Virus record (IMG/VR): IMGVR_UViG_3300031760_000032
Span: 1-64,000 of that record
Direction: 5' to 3' (one strand)
Length of the DNA: 64,000 nt
DNA from: a virus
Taxonomy: Duplodnaviria; Caudoviricetes
Shown here: positions 58,796 through 64,000 of the stretch, piece after piece
Numbering within the stretch: position 1 is the first letter of the stretch
Layout of the letters: every line of letters starts with the position of its first letter
Position numbers and translations under genes: made by a program
Notes under the pieces: generated by a model
The model's input: the letters and a program-made list of their open reading frames with translations, nothing else
Database searches by the model: none
Told to the model about the DNA's origin: nothing

Positions 58796-60499
58796 ATGGT
58801 TTATTCAAACGTAGTAGAAAAGGAAGCTCTGAGACGTGTTCAGAGCGAAACACTCGCTGTAATCTCAGATGCACTTCTGAAGTCTTTTGGACCTTATGGT
58901 TCTAATTCTATTATTGGTAAGGATGGCGCACTTTCTAGATATACTAAAGATGGTCATACTATTCTTTCTAATCTTCAGTTTGTAGACCCAATTGCAAAGG
59001 CTGTACATGCTGATATCGAAGAGGAAACACTTGCTCAGGCTAAGAAGGTCGGTGATTCTACAACAAGTATTACACTTCTTTCTTCTGCTATCTTTGATGC
59101 TCTTGCTGGTTATGAAAAAGAGCACAATTATAGACCAGCTTCTATCGTAAAGGCTTTCAAGAATGTAGCTGAAATGATTAAGAATAAGATTAAGGATTAT
59201 GGTAGAGAAGCTACTATCGAAGATATGTATAATATTACTCTTATTGCTACTAACGGCGATGAGAACCTTGCTAAGATTCTTAATCAGGTATACAAAACAT
59301 ATGGTCTTGATGTATATATTGACGTTAAAGCATCTATGAATGGTACTACCTATCTTAAGGAAATCAATGGTATGACAATGGAGTGTGGTTTCCTTGACCC
59401 TACTCTTATTAACGATACTACAAAGAATACAGTAGACATTAAGAATCCTAAGATTTATGCATTCAAGGACCCAATTGATACAGCAGAGATGGGTATGTTC
59501 CTGGATGCTATTCTGGTAAAGAATATTCTTAAACCTATCAGTGAAAAGAAGCCTGAGAATGTAGTACCCACAATTATCATGGCTCCGAGAATCTCCAGAG
59601 ATTATTCTGCATATATGGATACTCTGATGGCTTCTATTGCTCAGACACCTGCAGCAAATCGTGGTATTCTAAATATCATCACTGATATTCAGGGTTGCGA
59701 TATGGAACAGTTCGAAGATATTTGTGACCTTTGTGGTTGTAAGTATATTAAGAAGTATCTTGACCCTGAGATTCAGAAGAAGGATATCGAATCTGGTCTT
59801 GCTCCTACACCAGATAATATCGAGACTTTTGCTGGTGAAGCAGAACTTGTATCTTCTGATGCATATAAGACTACTTTTGTAAATCCTAAGAAGATGTTTA
59901 ACTCTAATGGTGAGCATTCAGAGCTTTTCAATCAGAGAACAGATTATCTTCAGAAGCAGATTGATAAGCTGACAGTAGAAGGTAATACTACTACAGAAAT
60001 CTATACTCTTAAGAAGAGACTCAATTCTCTTAAGGGTAAGATGGTTGAAATCTATATCGGTGGTGTTACTATCGCAGACCGTGATGCAGAACGTGACCTT
60101 CTTGAAGATGCAGTACTTAACTGTCGTAGTGCAGCAATTAACGGTGTAGGATATGCAGCAAACTTCGAGGGTTATAGAGCAGCGCTGTCTGTAACAGAAG
60201 ATGAGCTTACTGGTATTGAAGCTGATATTGCAGATATTCTGGTTAAGCAGTATTATGAAATCGTATATGCTTTATATGATAGTGTAGGAGAAGAGGAAAT
60301 TGATAATCCTCATGAGATTATAGAACAGTGTATCGTTCATGGTTGTCCTTACAATATTACTACTGGTAAGTATGATGGTAAGGTTCTAACAAGTATTGAT
60401 ACAGATATCTGCATCATTGATACTATCTCTAAGATTATCACTATCATGGTAACTGCAAACCAGTTCATTCTTCCTACAATCAATATGAATAATTATTAA
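58796..60499 (+). CDS. Phage GroEL-like chaperonin
   Basis: SFGPYG, YTKDGHTIL, VGDSTTS (GDGTTT equivalent), IYIGGVT...LLEDAV; 567 aa. Confidence 0.9.
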   Translation: MVYSNVVEKEALRRVQSETLAVISDALLKSFGPYGSNSIIGKDGALSRYTKDGHTILSNLQFVDPIAKAVHADIEEETLAQAKKVGDSTTSITLLSSAIFDALAGYEKEHNYRPASIVKAFKNVAEMIKNKIKDYGREATIEDMYNITLIATNGDENLAKILNQVYKTYGLDVYIDVKASMNGTTYLKEINGMTMECGFLDPTLINDTTKNTVDIKNPKIYAFKDPIDTAEMGMFLDAILVKNILKPISEKKPENVVPTIIMAPRISRDYSAYMDTLMASIAQTPAANRGILNIITDIQGCDMEQFEDICDLCGCKYIKKYLDPEIQKKDIESGLAPTPDNIETFAGEAELVSSDAYKTTFVNPKKMFNSNGEHSELFNQRTDYLQKQIDKLTVEGNTTTEIYTLKKRLNSLKGKMVEIYIGGVTIADRDAERDLLEDAVLNCRSAAINGVGYAANFEGYRAALSVTEDELTGIEADIADILVKQYYEIVYALYDSVGEEEIDNPHEIIEQCIVHGCPYNITTGKYDGKVLTSIDTDICIIDTISKIITIMVTANQFILPTINMNNY

Positions 60500-60505
60500 T
60501 AATAC

Positions 60506-60545
60506 AAAAAAAAGAACGGGCTCATTAAGAGCCCGTTCTCTTTGT
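60506..60545. terminator. Bidirectional terminator
   Basis: AGAACGGGCTC / GAGCCCGTTCT with an A tract. Confidence 0.8.
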
Positions 60546-60551
60546 TATTTG

Positions 60552-61007
60552 TCAAATTAAATCATTAAATGAACCACAGAAGCGGTTCATTTTCTGAAGT
60601 GAAACCCACATATCGAGAAAGCATTCTTCTGATTTTTTATTACCATCTACCGCTTCTTTAAAAAGACAGAAGATGGTATTTTCAACTTGCTCACCGAAAG
60701 GACGAGCAAGCTTTATAATCGCCGAGCAATAGCAATCGTCGGCGTTAACTACTCCTGAAAGCTCCCTAATTAAGCTAGGGAACTTATTCGAGTGGCTCTT
60801 AGCATAACGAGCTACATTAATGATGTCTCTACCAGTTCCGCTGCATATGAATTCTACAGCGTTTTCAAAATTGTAATTATCATCATTGGCAGAGTCCTCG
60901 ACTCGCTCGACTACAGCGTTTCCGTCTCTGCAGACATAGACGTATCCATCTACTACAAAGACGGACACATTACTTGTTTTTACTACAACCTTAACTTCTC
61001 TAGCCAT
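60552..61007 (-). CDS. Hypothetical protein, GC-richer than its neighbours
   Basis: 151 aa, AAAGGAG SD; frequent CG-containing codons. Confidence 0.65.
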   Translation of the reverse strand: MAREVKVVVKTSNVSVFVVDGYVYVCRDGNAVVERVEDSANDDNYNFENAVEFICSGTGRDIINVARYAKSHSNKFPSLIRELSGVVNADDCYCSAIIKLARPFGEQVENTIFCLFKEAVDGNKKSEECFLDMWVSLQKMNRFCGSFNDLI

Positions 61008-61229
61008 ATTTATGACTCCTTTGGATAAATTTACTCCTATTTCAGGAGCATAGATAGTTGTTCTGGTTTTAAAGGCTATTCCAGAAACCTAGGACGCAAC
61101 TCCTCTTAGATAGTCTCTCGGTACTTTTAGTGTAGTATGGCTGTCGCTAAGCCTCTACCGAGAGTCCGTGAGTAAAAGATAATGAGTGGTTCGATGTGAC
61201 GGCATCGAGATTTATTATCTCTTACTCAC
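61008..61229 (-). ncRNA. Candidate multi-hairpin leader or ncRNA
   Basis: Early promoter TATATAAT at 61234-41 (minus), then several stems before the 151 aa ORF. Confidence 0.35.
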
Positions 61230-61322
61230 TTATATTATATACATACCAAATATTAAACTTTTACAATCTCGTTATCTTTGATTTCCAGAACATTGAAATA
61301 ATACTATGAAAGGAGGACCGTT

Positions 61323-62789
61323 ATGGCTTCAACAAGAAAGTATAAGTGTCCATTTTGTAGTAAATCTTTTGAAAGACCTAAGTTAGCTAGTCATATTGAT
61401 AAGTATCATGATGACATGTTAAATCCTGATAAAGGATATACTGCAAATAGAATTGTATTTGACATTTGTAATAAGAAAGAACCTATTGGTGCTGGGCAAG
61501 GAGTATGTCGCATTTGTAAGAAACCTACAGAATGGGACGAAGACTCTGTACGTTATAAATCTTATTGCTCTGAAAAATGTAAGCAACAGGCTAGAGAGAA
61601 TTATAAGAATAATATGCTAAGAGTATATGGTAAAACTACTTTACTTGATGATATGGAATGGCAAGAAACTAAGATGCTTGCTAATCGTTCTATCTCTGGT
61701 AAATATCGCTGGTCTGATGGTACATACAAAACTTACGTAGGAAGTTATGAAAAGAAGTTCCTAGAGTTTTGTGATAACGTATTAGGTATTAAGTCTGAAG
61801 ACTTATTAACTCCTGGACCCACTATCTATTATGAGTATGACGGAGAAGAACATACTTGGATTACTGATGCGATTTATCTACCATATAATCTTGTATTCGA
61901 TATCAAAGATGGTGGAGATAATAAGAACAATCGTGAAATGCCAGAATATAGAGCAAAGCAATTAGAGAAAGAGAAGTTTATTACAGACCAAGGTGAGTAT
62001 AATTATATTAGACTTACTAATAATGAGTTTGTTCAGCTTCTTACAATCTTTGCTGAGCTTAAAGAAAACTATATGGATAGCACAGAACCTAAGACTATCT
62101 CTAGAGTTCATGAGCATATGAGCCCAGCGGGTCCAGGTGGTATGCCAGCTGTAGGTACTGATGTAAATCCTAGTGTATTTATTACCAATTATATGAATAA
62201 GAATACATTTGAATCTGGATTTGCTATTTCTAATGACGTTACTTCTGAGTATATGATTGCTAGAGATAAGAAATCTGGTAAGCTTAAGAAAGTAAAGTCT
62301 AAAGATTTACTAGAAGATTGTGAATGTGAAACTTATAAGTATATTGGTGATAATATTTCTAATATTCTTAAAGAACTGTATTCTGTATATAAAGCTGAGG
62401 AATATGTAGACTATCATTATCTACCATGTCTTGTTACAGAGTTTACAGAGATTCTATCAGATGACCAATTAGAATATAGTGAACTATTGGAAATGGTGAA
62501 TTGGGAACAGATTCATGAGAACTTTAATAGTTCTTTAGCTACATTACAGTTCCAATCTGAAGCAATATTAGAAGGTAATAAACCTATCGTATTTAATGTA
62601 TTAGACCCAGTTAAGTATGAGTATAAGAAAAAGCTCTTGAGAGAATATGAAGACTTGACTATTCTACAGAGTTTAAATGGAAAATACTTTGGGTATAATA
62701 AACTCACTTGTAAAAGAACTAAAGGAGTAGATAGCATATATGATATAACTGAGTGTATGCTTAACTCTATATCTACTAACTCACAATAA
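61323..62789 (+). CDS. Zinc finger + TnsA-like/PD-(D/E)XK nuclease domain protein (head-completion nuclease-like)
   Basis: CPFC...HIDKYH, CRIC...YCSEKC, SYEKKFLEFCD...WITDAIYLPYNLVFDIKDG; late promoter 61289-300. Confidence 0.55.
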   Translation: MASTRKYKCPFCSKSFERPKLASHIDKYHDDMLNPDKGYTANRIVFDICNKKEPIGAGQGVCRICKKPTEWDEDSVRYKSYCSEKCKQQARENYKNNMLRVYGKTTLLDDMEWQETKMLANRSISGKYRWSDGTYKTYVGSYEKKFLEFCDNVLGIKSEDLLTPGPTIYYEYDGEEHTWITDAIYLPYNLVFDIKDGGDNKNNREMPEYRAKQLEKEKFITDQGEYNYIRLTNNEFVQLLTIFAELKENYMDSTEPKTISRVHEHMSPAGPGGMPAVGTDVNPSVFITNYMNKNTFESGFAISNDVTSEYMIARDKKSGKLKKVKSKDLLEDCECETYKYIGDNISNILKELYSVYKAEEYVDYHYLPCLVTEFTEILSDDQLEYSELLEMVNWEQIHENFNSSLATLQFQSEAILEGNKPIVFNVLDPVKYEYKKKLLREYEDLTILQSLNGKYFGYNKLTCKRTKGVDSIYDITECMLNSISTNSQ

Positions 62790-62802
62790 GGAGGAAATAA
62801 TC

Positions 62803-63312
62803 ATGAGTATGTTTAATGAGAGAGTATTCAATATTCTTCTTGAATCTAGTAAGTGTAAGAGCACTTCTAAAGAAGAGTGTGGTAATGAGTGTGCTGATTT
62901 CCAGGATACTATCGGTAATGGTCATAACTTCTCTGATGTTATTGTACCATCTAATGTAAAGATGAACAAGGATACTATTCCAGTTTGTAAGGTTTCTAAG
63001 AAGGAATGTGGTGCAGAGTGTAAAGAATGCGGTGATAACTGCAATGAATCTGCATACTTTATCGACGGTAGAATGCTTGACATTTATATGGATGACAACG
63101 GTATTAATGATGATGCTCAGGCAGTACATGATATCTGTGAGCATTATGGTATTGACGTAGATGATGTTTATGTAGTAGTAGAATGCGATGAAGTAAACAA
63201 AGGTCTTATTGACCATGCTAAGACATATGTTGACTGTGGTCTGCTTCGTAGATGTCATGACCAGATTCGCAATTGTATCAATGCAGGTATTAAGGTAGCT
63301 AAACGTTCTTAA
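62803..63312 (+). CDS. Cys-rich acidic hypothetical protein
   Basis: 169 aa; EECGNECAD and KECGAECKECGDNC. Confidence 0.65.
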   Translation: MSMFNERVFNILLESSKCKSTSKEECGNECADFQDTIGNGHNFSDVIVPSNVKMNKDTIPVCKVSKKECGAECKECGDNCNESAYFIDGRMLDIYMDDNGINDDAQAVHDICEHYGIDVDDVYVVVECDEVNKGLIDHAKTYVDCGLLRRCHDQIRNCINAGIKVAKRS

Positions 63313-63388
63313 CATATGAGAGAGGGTAGGTTGATTCCTACCCTCTCTTTAACTTCCTTATAATATATTATAAATGGAGGTGTTCTAA

Positions 63389-63832
63389 TTGAGTAGAACA
63401 TATAGACGTCGTAATAAGAAGAAGAGGAGTTATAGTTATTGTAATTCTAAAAAGAGTACTGCACCTGTTAGTTATAAGGTGTCACAAGACCTTACTAAAG
63501 ATAAGTCTCCTGAAGTTAAAAGAGATGCTTCTGGTAATATTATCTATTCTTCTAAATACATAGGTGATGAAAAGTTTGAATATTGGGTAGAATATAACTC
63601 AGATAAACAGCCTATTCATTATCATGACACTAGAGGTGGAGAATGGTGGATTAAGTATAATTCCAAAGGAAATATCTCTAACTTCTGGGATAATACTGGA
63701 TATGAAGAAGTGTATAACTACTATAAGAATGATATAGTAATTAGTACAGATTCTTATGGTATTAAAACTAAAAAAGTTATAGACAGAGAGCGTTGTAACA
63801 TTACACGTGATGTATTCTTAAATACACCATAA
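63389..63832 (+). CDS. Hypothetical protein, basic N-terminus, short YD-like repeats
   Basis: TTG start behind GGAGG; RDASGN / YNSDKQ / YNSKGN repeats. Confidence 0.6.
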   Translation: MSRTYRRRNKKKRSYSYCNSKKSTAPVSYKVSQDLTKDKSPEVKRDASGNIIYSSKYIGDEKFEYWVEYNSDKQPIHYHDTRGGEWWIKYNSKGNISNFWDNTGYEEVYNYYKNDIVISTDSYGIKTKKVIDRERCNITRDVFLNTP

Positions 63833-63891
63833 GTTATATATTATTTTAGTGTAAGCAAGACTTACAAATATATTTTGAAAGGAAGATGTAT

Positions 63892-64000
63892 ATGCCAAAC
63901 TGGTGTAACAACTTTATCACATTCTGGAGCGATGGAACTCCAGAAGGAAATTGTGCTTTAATAGATTTGCACAATAAAATGGAACAAGTCGCTAAACTTA
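63892..64000 (+). CDS. Partial ORF, MPNWCNN-type (DUF1281/Api92-like) N-terminus
   Basis: ATG 63892 after GAAAGGA, early promoter 63837-44 and hairpin; runs off the window. Confidence 0.55.
   Translation, partial: MPNWCNNFITFWSDGTPEGNCALIDLHNKMEQVAKL

Noticed and set aside
61180-61210. tRNA (GGTTCGA T-loop-like word)
   Set aside because: No cloverleaf, acceptor stem or anticodon arm; the word is part of a longer hairpin. No tRNA gene was recognised elsewhere in the window.
1-64000. Stop-codon reassignment (code 15 or 4)
   Set aside because: Core genes are full length in code 11, and reading through the TAG stops at 38048 and 43284 hits new stops within a few codons.
1-64000. Phage nucleus shell (ChmA) or PhuZ tubulin
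   Set aside because: No ORF with tubulin GGGTG-type motifs or a recognisable shell protein; absence from this window says nothing about the rest of the genome.

Overview
64 kb of an AT-rich (roughly 30% GC by eye) jumbo myophage genome of the AR9/PBS1/phiKZ-related group that encodes its own multisubunit RNA polymerases. Strong GGAGG Shine-Dalgarno sites, a class III anaerobic RNR and BspA-type LRR proteins suggest an anaerobic Bacillota (clostridial, gut or rumen type) host. The window holds the portal, terminase large subunit, tail sheath and tube, baseplate gp25-like protein, a tail-chaperone-like gene with a candidate -1 frameshift extension, a split family-B DNA polymerase (exo + motif A half), a primase, two RNAP beta-prime pieces, a probable AR9 gp226-like promoter-specificity subunit, a GroEL-like chaperonin, and nrdD interrupted by two group I introns (one carrying a frameshifted LAGLIDADG endonuclease). 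The most notable signal is two promoter classes readable directly from the DNA: a late AACA-N6-TA motif (15 sites) identical to the AR9 consensus that AR9 reads through template-strand uracils, and an early TATA(T/C)(T/A/C)AT motif followed by a 5-prime hairpin. With the gp226-like gene this raises the testable hypothesis of a uracil-substituted genome. Other leads: a BspA-LRR tail-fibre locus, twin HExxH peptidases plus an XRE regulator coupled to primase, Tad2-like and AIPR genes, apparent GATC avoidance, and three candidate structured RNAs. All family calls are from motif recognition and recall, not database searches.
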